Below are positions 33,917-42,045 of a stretch of DNA of 51,373 bases, in pieces; within the stretch, counting starts at the first letter, position 1, and each line of letters starts with the position of its first letter. Position numbers and translations under genes: made by a program. The DNA is from Acidimicrobiales bacterium (lineage in GTDB: Bacteria; Actinomycetota; Acidimicrobiia; Acidimicrobiales; CADCTF01): contig JBKJKM010000168.1 in NCBI GenBank assembly GCA_046597375.1, positions 1 to 51,373 of the forward strand, read 5' to 3'. Below the pieces are notes generated by a model that was not told where the DNA came from, searched no databases, and saw only the letters and a list, made by a program, of their open reading frames with translations.

Positions 33917-35124
33917 TGGCCGCGGGAGGCGACTCGTGGGCGCCCATACCGGACGGGTCGGGCTTCACCCTGGCCGCCCTCCCCTACGGCATCGCAGGCC
34001 GCCTCGGTGGGCGGCCCCGGATGGTGGCGCGCATCGGCGACGCCGTGCTTGCCGTCGGTGACGTGCTCGGCGACGACCATGACCGCTCGGCCTTCGAGAC
34101 CGACTCGCTCAACGCCTTTCTCGCCCTCGGCCCGCAGAAGTGGGCCTCGGTGCGCGGCCGCATCACCGACCACCTCACCGATCCGACCAACGAACGGCCC
34201 CTCGATGCGATCGACGACGTCGAACTGCGCCTGCCCGTCGAGATCGGCGACTACGTCGACTTCTACTCCTCGATCGAGCACGCCACGAACCTCGGTCGGC
34301 TGTTCCGTCCCGGTGGGGAGCCGCTGCTGCCGAACTGGCGCCACCTGCCGGTCGGCTACCACGGGCGATCGGGCACCGTCGTCGTGACGGGCACGCCAGT
34401 GCGCCGTCCTGCGGGACTGATGCTCGATGGCGATCGAGTCGTGCGTCGCCCGACGGAGGCCCTTGACATCGAGATCGAGGTCGGGTTCGTCGTTGGCGAA
34501 GGCAATCCCGACGGCGCACCCATCGCGCCAGACGATGCCGCCCGCCACGTGTTCGGCGCCGTCCTCGTCAATGACTGGTCAGCGCGTGACATACAGGCGT
34601 TCGAGTATCAGCCACTCGGCCCATTCCTCGGCAAGTCCTTCCTCACAAGCATCTCGGCGTGGGTCGTGCCCCTCTCCGCCCTCGAGCCATTCCTGATCGC
34701 CCCGCCGGCGCAGGCGCCCGAGCCCGACGTCGCGCTGCGAGCATCACAGCCATGGGCCCTCGATCTCGATCTGGCCGTCGAGCTGAATGGCTCGACCATC
34801 TCGCAGACCTCGTTTCGCCACCTCTACTGGACCTTCGCCCAGCAGCTCGCTCATCTCACCTCCAACGGCAGCACCACCCGTGCGGGCGACCTCTTCGCCT
34901 CGGGCACCGTGTCCGGCCCGGGACCCACCGAACTGGGCAGCCTCATAGAACTGACGCAGCGAGGCGCCAGTCCGGTCACCCTGGCCGACGGCCGTGAGCG
35001 CTCGTGGCTCGACGACGGCGATACCGTCGTGCTGCGCGGGTCGTGCGGGCAGGGTGCGGACAAGGTGGGCTTCGGCGAGGTCGTCGGCACGGTCGTCGCC
35101 GCCACAACGAAGGGACAGTCATGA
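33916..35124 (+). CDS. fahA: Fumarylacetoacetase
   Basis: 402 aa. The start shares one base with the hppD stop. Motifs DYVDFYSS, HLPVGYHGRSGT, GFVVG, NDWSARDIQAFEYQPLGPFLGKSF. Confidence 0.9.
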   Translation: MAAGGDSWAPIPDGSGFTLAALPYGIAGRLGGRPRMVARIGDAVLAVGDVLGDDHDRSAFETDSLNAFLALGPQKWASVRGRITDHLTDPTNERPLDAIDDVELRLPVEIGDYVDFYSSIEHATNLGRLFRPGGEPLLPNWRHLPVGYHGRSGTVVVTGTPVRRPAGLMLDGDRVVRRPTEALDIEIEVGFVVGEGNPDGAPIAPDDAARHVFGAVLVNDWSARDIQAFEYQPLGPFLGKSFLTSISAWVVPLSALEPFLIAPPAQAPEPDVALRASQPWALDLDLAVELNGSTISQTSFRHLYWTFAQQLAHLTSNGSTTRAGDLFASGTVSGPGPTELGSLIELTQRGASPVTLADGRERSWLDDGDTVVLRGSCGQGADKVGFGEVVGTVVAATTKGQS

Positions 35125-36299
35125 CCTACTACCGAAGCGTCGGTGACGTGCCCCGCAAGCGCCACACCGTCGCCCGTGACGCAGGCGGAGAGCGCCTCTT
35201 CGAGGAGCTCATGGGCGCCGACGGGTTCTCGGGACCGTCGTCGCTGCTCTACCACCGGCGTTCGCCGAGCGCGCTGCTCGCCGTCGAGGACGTGGCAGAC
35301 GACCGGGCCAAACTGCGGAGCAACCATCCGGTCGCGCCACTTCACCTACGGTCGGGCGAGGTCGAGGTCGGCAACGACGCTGTGACCGGACGCGTCGTGC
35401 TCCTGGCCAACGACGAGGTGTCGCTCGCGGTCGCCGGCGGACTGCGATCGAGTCCGCTGTTTCGCGACGCCGTCGGCGACGAGCTCGTCTTCGTCCATCG
35501 GGGCGCAGCTCGGCTCGAGTCCGTGTTCGGCATTCTCGACGTGACCGCCGGCGACTACGTCGTCATACCGACCTCGACGACGCATCGTTGGGTGCCGGAC
35601 GGCGGCGGCGAGCTGCGACTGCTCGTGGTTTCCTCCGTCGGGCACATCCGCCCACCCCGCCGTTACCTGTCGACAACGGGCCAGCTGCTCGAACATGCGC
35701 CGTACTGCGAGCGCGACCTGCGCGCACCAACCGGGCCGCTCGTCGTCGACGCCGCCGAGCTCGACGAACCGATCGACGTCCTGGTGCGAACGCATTGCGG
35801 GATGTCGCGTCACCGCCACGCCACCCACCCCCTCGACGTCGTCGGTTGGGACGGCAGCCTCTACCCCTACGCCCTCTCCATCCACGACTTCGAGCCGATC
35901 GTCGGCAGCATCCATCAGCCGCCGCCGGTACATCAGACCTTCGAGGGCCCGGGCTTCGTGGTGTGTTCGTTCGTGCCCCGGCCGCTCGACTTCCACGCTG
36001 ATGCCGTGAAGGTGCCCTATCACCACGCCAATGTCGACTCAGACGAGGTGCTGTTCTACGCCGACGGCAGCTTCTTGAGTCGCGCCGGAAGCGGGATCGG
36101 CGTGGCCTCGATGACGGTGCACCCCGCCGGCTTCGTGCACGGCCCCCAACCCGGCAGCTGGGAACGTTCCGTCGGCGCCACCCGCACCGAGGAGTTGGCC
36201 GTCATGATCGACACCTTCCGCCCGCTCCGTCTTTCGGCGCCCGCCGACGCCGTCACCGCCGGCGACTACCTCACGTCCTGGTCGCGCCACCCCTCCTGA
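35121..36299 (+). CDS. hmgA: Homogentisate 1,2-dioxygenase (short, roughly 390-aa cupin type)
   Basis: 392 aa. ATGA overlap with fahA. N-terminus MTYYRSVGDVPRKRHT, PYHHANVDSDEVLFY. Its position in the pathway cluster supports the call. Confidence 0.75.
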   Translation: MTYYRSVGDVPRKRHTVARDAGGERLFEELMGADGFSGPSSLLYHRRSPSALLAVEDVADDRAKLRSNHPVAPLHLRSGEVEVGNDAVTGRVVLLANDEVSLAVAGGLRSSPLFRDAVGDELVFVHRGAARLESVFGILDVTAGDYVVIPTSTTHRWVPDGGGELRLLVVSSVGHIRPPRRYLSTTGQLLEHAPYCERDLRAPTGPLVVDAAELDEPIDVLVRTHCGMSRHRHATHPLDVVGWDGSLYPYALSIHDFEPIVGSIHQPPPVHQTFEGPGFVVCSFVPRPLDFHADAVKVPYHHANVDSDEVLFYADGSFLSRAGSGIGVASMTVHPAGFVHGPQPGSWERSVGATRTEELAVMIDTFRPLRLSAPADAVTAGDYLTSWSRHPS

Positions 36300-36386
36300 T
36301 TCAACGCTTCGGATTCAGCGTCGCCGCCATGCAAGCCGGGACCGGCGGCAGTGATATGCCACCGGTGACCGGGGTCGTGCGCCCGG

Positions 36387-37550
36387 TTACGTAGGGGTGT
36401 TGGCGCCACTCCTCGGGTCGATGATGACCTTGGCGTGGGTCTCAGGGTTCGCGAGGGCGTCGAAGGCGTTGGCGACACCTGCGAGGCCGACGGTGCCGGT
36501 GATGATGGCCGACGCATCGATCTTCCCGTCGGCGAGGAGGTGGAGGGTGTCACGGAACTCGAGTGGCCCGTAGCCAACCACGAAACGAAGGTCGATCTCC
36601 TTGTTGATCGCCATGACGGGCCGGAACCGGTCGGGTTCCATGCAGACGCCGGCGACGACGACCCTGGTGCCAAGGGGCGCATCGGTGATGATGCCGTCGA
36701 TGATGCCGGGGACGCCGACGCACTCGAACACGATCGGCCGCTTGGGTGCCGTCGCGCCGAGCTTGTCGAGCGCGCCGATCACGATGTGCCAAGGGATGGG
36801 GAGTTTCTGGAGGCCCTTCATCGCTTTAAGTCCTCCGGCCGCTCCTTGGGCGATGGAGGTGGTGTAGCCGCGATCACCGAGTGCCTCGTAGGGCGATTCG
36901 GCAGCGGGGTCGACGACCACGGTGGCGCCGCACGCGGTGGCGAGCGCGCGCCGGCCTGCGGAGTAGTCGCTGGCGACGATGGTCTCGATGCCTTTGGTCT
37001 TGAGCAGGCAGATGATGGCGAGCCCCACGGGCCCGCAGCCGATGACGACCGCGGCGTCCTTCTTGGTGATCTGGCTTCGGTTGACGGCGTGGTGGCCGAT
37101 GGCCAGAGGTTCGGTGATGACGGCGATGTCGGGGGCCAGGCCGTTGGGGACGGGCATGGTGAACGCCTCCTCGACGAGCACCCGTTCCGCGTAGGCCCCG
37201 GGGGCGGAGGCCGAGAGACCGATGGCGTGCATGCCGTTGGGCATCTTTACGAGCGGGAGTGCCACGACCGGCGTGCCTGCCTTGAGCTTCTTCGACGCAC
37301 CGGGCCCGTGGTCGGCGACGGTGCCGCAGAACTCGTGACCGAACACGACCTGCTCATGGGCGCGAGCGAACCCGTCGTAACCCGCTTCGGCCAGCACGTC
37401 GGCCTGGGCGTCGGCGTGGTGGCGGGCGTGGAGATCCGAGCCGCAGATCCCGCAGCCCGTGACGTCGAGGACGAGTTGGCCCGGACCAGGAGTGGGGTCG
37501 ACCAAGTCGACGACTTCGAGTTGTCCGTTCTCGCAGGCGACGGCCCTCAT
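36387..37550 (-). CDS. Zinc-dependent medium-chain alcohol dehydrogenase family protein
   Basis: 387 aa from the ATG at 37550 (ATGA overlap with the upstream gene). Motifs CGICGSDLH, GHEFCGTV, and Rossmann fold VIGCGPVGL. Confidence 0.85.
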   Translation of the reverse strand: MRAVACENGQLEVVDLVDPTPGPGQLVLDVTGCGICGSDLHARHHADAQADVLAEAGYDGFARAHEQVVFGHEFCGTVADHGPGASKKLKAGTPVVALPLVKMPNGMHAIGLSASAPGAYAERVLVEEAFTMPVPNGLAPDIAVITEPLAIGHHAVNRSQITKKDAAVVIGCGPVGLAIICLLKTKGIETIVASDYSAGRRALATACGATVVVDPAAESPYEALGDRGYTTSIAQGAAGGLKAMKGLQKLPIPWHIVIGALDKLGATAPKRPIVFECVGVPGIIDGIITDAPLGTRVVVAGVCMEPDRFRPVMAINKEIDLRFVVGYGPLEFRDTLHLLADGKIDASAIITGTVGLAGVANAFDALANPETHAKVIIDPRSGANTPT

Positions 37551-38173
37551 GACGGCAGCATCGAGTCGTCGAAGTCGGGCAGCGGCTTGATGAAGGGGTC
37601 GAGGAGCTTCCGGCTTTGATCGACGGTCAGGACGTCCGCAGGATCGAGCTTGAACAGACCAGCCTCTGCGGTGTCGAACTCCCACACGTCCTCACCGAGC
37701 AACCGGCCGCGATCGTCGTAGGGCCACAGCATCATGATCTGGGACTTCTTCAGATACATCGCGCCGGGATCGACATCGAGCCCAGCGGCCGCCAGCTCCG
37801 AGCCCAGTGTTTGCTGGTAGCCGATGCCGCGGCCGACCACCATGTGGTCGCCGACGGCGACGTCCTCGTCCGAGACGTAGAAGACGCACTGGTTGGTGTT
37901 GGTCCAGTGGCCGTAGAGCATGCCAACCTGGTCCTTGCCCGTCAGGGTGAACGGCTCACGCCCCGCCACGTTGAACCGGTAGTGCGGTTCGTCGACGGTG
38001 AGGTCGGGGTCGAGGATCTCTTCCCACCGACCCGCTGACTCCAGGTAGCGGTGTCGGAGGTAGGCCTCGAGGAGGTAGCGGTGCCGTCGGTTGGTGGTGT
38101 GTTCGAGCACCTTCTCGACCGCCTCGTTCTGGCGGGTGATGTCGAGGCGGCTCATGTCGATCTCTGATGCCAT
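37547..38173 (-). CDS. Hypothetical protein, 208 aa, function unknown (translationally coupled to the ADH)
   Basis: GC3-rich ORF with an ATG start. I recognise no motif. The repeated-aromatic pattern may indicate an NTF2-like fold, but this is a guess. Confidence 0.6.
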   Translation of the reverse strand: MASEIDMSRLDITRQNEAVEKVLEHTTNRRHRYLLEAYLRHRYLESAGRWEEILDPDLTVDEPHYRFNVAGREPFTLTGKDQVGMLYGHWTNTNQCVFYVSDEDVAVGDHMVVGRGIGYQQTLGSELAAAGLDVDPGAMYLKKSQIMMLWPYDDRGRLLGEDVWEFDTAEAGLFKLDPADVLTVDQSRKLLDPFIKPLPDFDDSMLPS

Positions 38174-38193
38174 CCCTTTATTATATGCATGGT

Positions 38194-38206
38194 CAACAGC
38201 TTGTTG
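38194..38206. promoter_or_regulatory. Short inverted repeat CAACAgctTGTTG in the AT-rich divergent intergenic region (candidate TetR site)
   Basis: Read directly. It lies in the lowest-GC stretch of this neighbourhood (ctttattatatgcatgg...). Confidence 0.25.
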
Positions 38207-38238
38207 CTAGATCGGTCAGTAACAGCAATGGTGTGCGG

Positions 38239-38865
38239 ATGGCACGCGCAGCAGAACCCACGACGAAGCCGGACGGGTCTGCGAGGCGGCGGCTGGCCGT
38301 TGAAGATCGACGGTCGGAGCTGATGGCGGCGTGTCTGCACCTCATCGGGACGCGGTCGTGGGACGAGGTCACCATGGCGGACGTGGCCGAGGCCGCCGGT
38401 GCATCGAAGCCGCTGCTGTACCACTACTTCTCGACCAAGACCGACCTCTACGTCGCCACCGTCCGTTGGGCCGCCGACCAACTCGGCGGGGCCACACGAC
38501 CCGATCCGGCCTTGCCCCAACCGGCGCGCCTGCACCAGGCGTTGCGCGCGCACTTGGACTGGATCGACGACAACGCCGACACCTATCGCGCCGTTCTCCA
38601 CGGCGGAATGAGCGGGCATCCCGACGTGCGCAGAATCGTCGAAGAATCACGCTGCGATGTCGCCCACCGCCTCGCCGAAGGCTTCGGACTCGCAAGCCCG
38701 ACCCCAGCCCAACGCATCGCTCTCCGGGGCTGGGTCGGCTTCCTCGACGCCGCCTGCGTCGACTGGCTGATGAGCCGAGACATCTCGAAGGCGGACCTCG
38801 TGCGCCTCCTCGCCTCGTCCCTCACGCAAGGGCCGCTACGCGCGGCCGCTGCGGCCGCCGGGTAG
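38239..38865 (+). CDS. TetR-family transcriptional regulator
   Basis: HTH region LMAACLHLIGTRSWDEVTMADVAEAAGASKPLLYHYFSTK. The start is the ATG at 38239 (a GTG at 38233 is also possible). Confidence 0.85.
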   Translation: MARAAEPTTKPDGSARRRLAVEDRRSELMAACLHLIGTRSWDEVTMADVAEAAGASKPLLYHYFSTKTDLYVATVRWAADQLGGATRPDPALPQPARLHQALRAHLDWIDDNADTYRAVLHGGMSGHPDVRRIVEESRCDVAHRLAEGFGLASPTPAQRIALRGWVGFLDAACVDWLMSRDISKADLVRLLASSLTQGPLRAAAAAAG

Positions 38866-38929
38866 CGAAGCCACCGCTGCGGTTCGGGTGTTGTCGCAGG
38901 TGAGCTGGCGCACGTCTTGCTACCTGTTG

Positions 38930-39202
38930 TTACGGCGAACCACCTGTTATCACCTCTTCCTTGATTTCCTGATTGGATTTGTCGCCGCTCAGATCTGACG
39001 ATGGTGACGGGACCGGATCCGAGACCCCGACCATCTCGGCGGGGTCGCCCGTGATGATCTCGATGGCGCCCCAATCCGTTACGACAGCGACCGTTGCGCC
39101 GATGTGGGTGCCGCCCGCACCAGCGGCGCAGAACTCGTCGCCCACTACTCGATCCCAACCGCCGCCCACCCCGACGCACACCGTGGAGCGAGCGCACCGC
39201 AA
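38930..39202 (-). CDS. Possible small ORF or decayed gene fragment (90 aa), unknown function
   Basis: The frame is GC3-rich (GGGWDRVVGDEFCAAGAGGTHIGATVAVVTDWGAIEIITGDP). A second coding-like frame continues upstream (39200-39330: ELLDGEGGVSSWVRRLQAMLSDPGEDLRW), which suggests a frameshifted remnant. Confidence 0.3.
   Translation of the reverse strand: MRCARSTVCVGVGGGWDRVVGDEFCAAGAGGTHIGATVAVVTDWGAIEIITGDPAEMVGVSDPVPSPSSDLSGDKSNQEIKEEVITGGSP
38981..39003 (+). repeat. Left copy of an imperfect direct repeat (gtcgccgctcagatctgacgatg)
   Basis: Matches 44197-44220 at all positions apart from a single-T indel. Weaker similarity extends about 20 nt to the left of both copies. Confidence 0.6.
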
Positions 39203-39330
39203 CGAACAAGCCCGCTACTGACCACCTCAGGTCCTCACCGGGATCGGACAACATCGCCTGCAGGCGCCTCACCCAGCTCGACACGCCGCCCTCGCCGTCC
39301 AACAGCTCGACGTTAGGGGTCCCCCAGCGG

Positions 39331-39963
39331 TCAGCCGAGCACCCTGGCGGCGTGCGCAGCGGCCAGGGTGACGGCCACGATGATAAGGGCGACGTAGGAG
39401 CGCCCCGTCAGTTTCGGGATGCGCAAGGGGCTGACCATGAGCCCGGCCAACACGGCGCCGCCGACGCCGAGGGCAACTCGAAGGTCCGAGGGCCGGAGCG
39501 GCCCGTCGAGGAGCATCAACGCCACGAAGGAGATGATGGCCAGGTCCGTCGGCAGGCCGGTGTAGGTGCCCGAGGCTTCGTCGAGACCGTGGACGTTGAA
39601 GTAGCTGAGGCGAAGGGCGGTGGCCATGGCGAGCAGCACGGCCACGGTGACGTATGCCAACTGGAAGCGGCCATACGACACGATCACGACGCCGAGCGCA
39701 GCCCCTGCCGAGACCATGTCCGCCAGAGAATCCATGTTCGCCCCGAACGCACCTTGCTCGGCCGTGCGCCCCGACGTCCGTTTGGCCACCGGGCCGTCGA
39801 CCACATCGAATACGAAGCTCCCGACCAGGCAGATGGCGGCTTCCGCAAATTGGCCCCGGACGGCAAGCGTGATCGCCAAGACGCTCGTTGCCAGCCCGGT
39901 GAGCGTGAGCAGATTTGCCGCGTCGACGACGTGGGACAGGATCGGTGAAGGCGGCGAACCCAC
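39331..39963 (-). CDS. CDP-alcohol phosphatidyltransferase-family membrane protein
   Basis: About 210 aa from the GTG at 39963. The upstream gene stops at 39996, so the listed 40566 start is an artefact. Family motif DVVDGPVAKRTSGRTAEQGAFGANMDSLAD (DxxDGxxAK...GxxxDxxxD). Multiple hydrophobic helices. Confidence 0.8.
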   Translation of the reverse strand: MGSPPSPILSHVVDAANLLTLTGLATSVLAITLAVRGQFAEAAICLVGSFVFDVVDGPVAKRTSGRTAEQGAFGANMDSLADMVSAGAALGVVIVSYGRFQLAYVTVAVLLAMATALRLSYFNVHGLDEASGTYTGLPTDLAIISFVALMLLDGPLRPSDLRVALGVGGAVLAGLMVSPLRIPKLTGRSYVALIIVAVTLAAAHAARVLG

Positions 39964-39995
39964 TTCGCCGCCCGGGACGGGGGTCGGCGAGGCGC

Positions 39996-41885
39996 TCAGG
40001 ACCGGTCCAGCCCGAGTTGCGAGAGGGCGTCGACGAGGCGCCGGTTCTCCGGCGCAGTGCGCGACGCGATGCGGAGGTAGACCTCTGCGTCGGGCATCGT
40101 CTTCGACGCGCAGTCCTTGATCAGGATGCCGTGTTCGACGTACATCCTCCTTGCGAGCGCCGGCCCCGTGATGCCGGGTGTGGTGATCTTGCAAAACACG
40201 AAGTTCGCGTCGGGCCGAATCGGGGCCAGGCCTGGCAACTCGCAGAGTGCGACATAGAGGTCCTGGCACGTGTCGCGCACCACCTCGCAGCTGGCTGCGA
40301 ACTCGCTGCGGTAGCGGCCCACCCGTCGCAAGAACGACTCCGCCAAACCGTTGAGGTTCCAGATGGGGAGCTGGGCACGGACGGCCCCGGCGAATGCGTG
40401 GTCGCCGGTGAGGAGGTAGCCGAGACGAAGGCCGGCGACGCCGAACACCTTGCTCATGCTCTTGATGACGACCAGGTTCGCATGGTCGGCGACGTCGCCC
40501 TCGACGCTCGCCGTCCGGCCGGCGCGGGAGAACTCGATGAACGATTCGTCCACGATCAGCCGGCACTCATGCGTTGCGAGGCGACGCGCCAGCTCGAGGA
40601 TCTCCCCACGCCCCACGGAGAGCGCCGTCGGGTTGTTCGGTGTCACGAGGACGGCTGCGTTGGATCCGGCTCGCCGGGCCGACTCGGCGAACGCATCGAG
40701 GTCGAGATCAAAGGTGGCCGGATCGAGAGCGACGCGGTCGAGCTGTTCCGGGCGCAACACGTTTTCGTACTCGTTGAAGGAGGGGACGGAGATCGTCATC
40801 TTGTCGATGAAGGACTGGCCCAGCACCTTGATCAGCTGCGCCGCCCCGTTGCTGACGACCATCCCGGCCGGGTCGGTCCCCGTCCACTGGGCGGTGAGGC
40901 GGTCGAGCTCGATCTGGCCGACCGGGTAGTTGGTGATGATGTCGAGGAGCTCCTGGCGAAACCCGTCGAGCATGGCCTGTGGAGGGAAGTGCAGGTTGTA
41001 AAGGTAGGAGTGGTCGACGACGCCGTACCGCCAATGTGACCCGTGGAGAGTCTGTATCCGGTCAAATTGGCGGTCGCGGCTGAGGAACATGAACTCGGCG
41101 ATCTCGAGGTCGCGGGGATCATCGAGCTCGTACCAACGACTGCTCGAGACATCAACGGCGACAAGGTCTGGAAACGAGCCATCGGCCACCAGGTCTCGAA
41201 ACACCGTCTCGTAATAGGCGTAGACGTTGCCGAGCTCCACTTGCCGACACAACTCGGGAACGATCAGGCCGCGGAGAACCTCGGCCCGGAGTAGGTAGAT
41301 GTTGACCGTCTTGTGCAGGTCGACTCCGCCGAGGCCGCCGCCCAGATCCGCACCCAGGATGAACGACGTGACGAGCCCATTGTCGTCACGACGCACGACC
41401 GTGCCCGAGAAGTCATCGTTGTCAGGGGCCACGGCCATGCTGCTCCCGGCCTGTTCGCACAGGCGCACCACGACGTCTCTGTCGAAGACCACATCGCCCT
41501 CGAGCAGGAGGATGTCCTCGTCGCAGTACAAACGGGCATCCCAAAGCGAGCGAAGGTTGTTGGTCGACTCGTACGACGGAGCGTCGACGTAGACCATGTC
41601 GATGCCCTCGAATCTGGCCCCGACCCTCCGGCGGACTTGGGCCGCTTCGTGTCCGACAACGACGACGGCTTCGGTCACCCCTGCGGAAGCCAGCACCCGC
41701 AGGGCACGAAAGAGAATCGGCACACCGTTCACCTCGACGAGGCACTTGGGCACGTCGGTCGTGAAGGGCAGCATGCGGCTTCCGACCCCAGCGGCGAGGA
41801 TGACGGCGCGGCGCACGGGGTGTGGCCTGTGCGCGTCGGCCTGCGTGACCGGCTCGGTCGCGTCATCATTCACCGTCTGAGTCAC
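39996..41885 (-). CDS. Fusion protein: LicC-like sugar/alcohol-phosphate nucleotidyl(cytidylyl)transferase domain plus class I/II PLP-dependent enzyme domain (HisC/CobD-like)
   Basis: N-terminal half: AVILAAGVGSRMLPFTTDVPKCLVEVNG...YESTNNLRSLW...LLLEGDVVF. C-terminal half: VTPNNPTA, IVDESFIEF, and the PLP lysine in KSMSKVFGVAGLRLGY. The GTG at 41885 (after GGGGGG) is preferred over the listed TTG at 41981. Confidence 0.8.
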   Translation of the reverse strand: MTQTVNDDATEPVTQADAHRPHPVRRAVILAAGVGSRMLPFTTDVPKCLVEVNGVPILFRALRVLASAGVTEAVVVVGHEAAQVRRRVGARFEGIDMVYVDAPSYESTNNLRSLWDARLYCDEDILLLEGDVVFDRDVVVRLCEQAGSSMAVAPDNDDFSGTVVRRDDNGLVTSFILGADLGGGLGGVDLHKTVNIYLLRAEVLRGLIVPELCRQVELGNVYAYYETVFRDLVADGSFPDLVAVDVSSSRWYELDDPRDLEIAEFMFLSRDRQFDRIQTLHGSHWRYGVVDHSYLYNLHFPPQAMLDGFRQELLDIITNYPVGQIELDRLTAQWTGTDPAGMVVSNGAAQLIKVLGQSFIDKMTISVPSFNEYENVLRPEQLDRVALDPATFDLDLDAFAESARRAGSNAAVLVTPNNPTALSVGRGEILELARRLATHECRLIVDESFIEFSRAGRTASVEGDVADHANLVVIKSMSKVFGVAGLRLGYLLTGDHAFAGAVRAQLPIWNLNGLAESFLRRVGRYRSEFAASCEVVRDTCQDLYVALCELPGLAPIRPDANFVFCKITTPGITGPALARRMYVEHGILIKDCASKTMPDAEVYLRIASRTAPENRRLVDALSQLGLDRS

Positions 41886-42045
41886 GAGCCCCCCGGGCTG
41901 TCGATGGCACGACCTCGCCACCGATACACCGCCGAGGCAACGGAGAAGCGCTCCTGCGCCTATCTTACCGAAGCATGTCAATGCGACAGCGCTCCCTCTG
42001 CACGGAGTCGTCGTGAACGCAGACCGGTAGAACGGCTCGATTCGG

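Noticed and set aside
37551-37685. Extended start of the ADH ORF (listed 37685), and the 31776 start of phhA
   Set aside because: Both extensions overlap the upstream or divergent gene. The internal ATGs coincide with ATGA coupling or an RBS and with the normal family N-termini.
38583-39302. 239-aa minus-strand ORF and 284-aa plus-strand ORF (39094-39948) in the TetR / CDP-alcohol transferase gap
   Set aside because: Both are Arg/Gly/Pro-rich off-frame products that overlap better-supported frames. Only the short 38930-39202 frame shows coding-like third-position bias, and even that is reported at low confidence.
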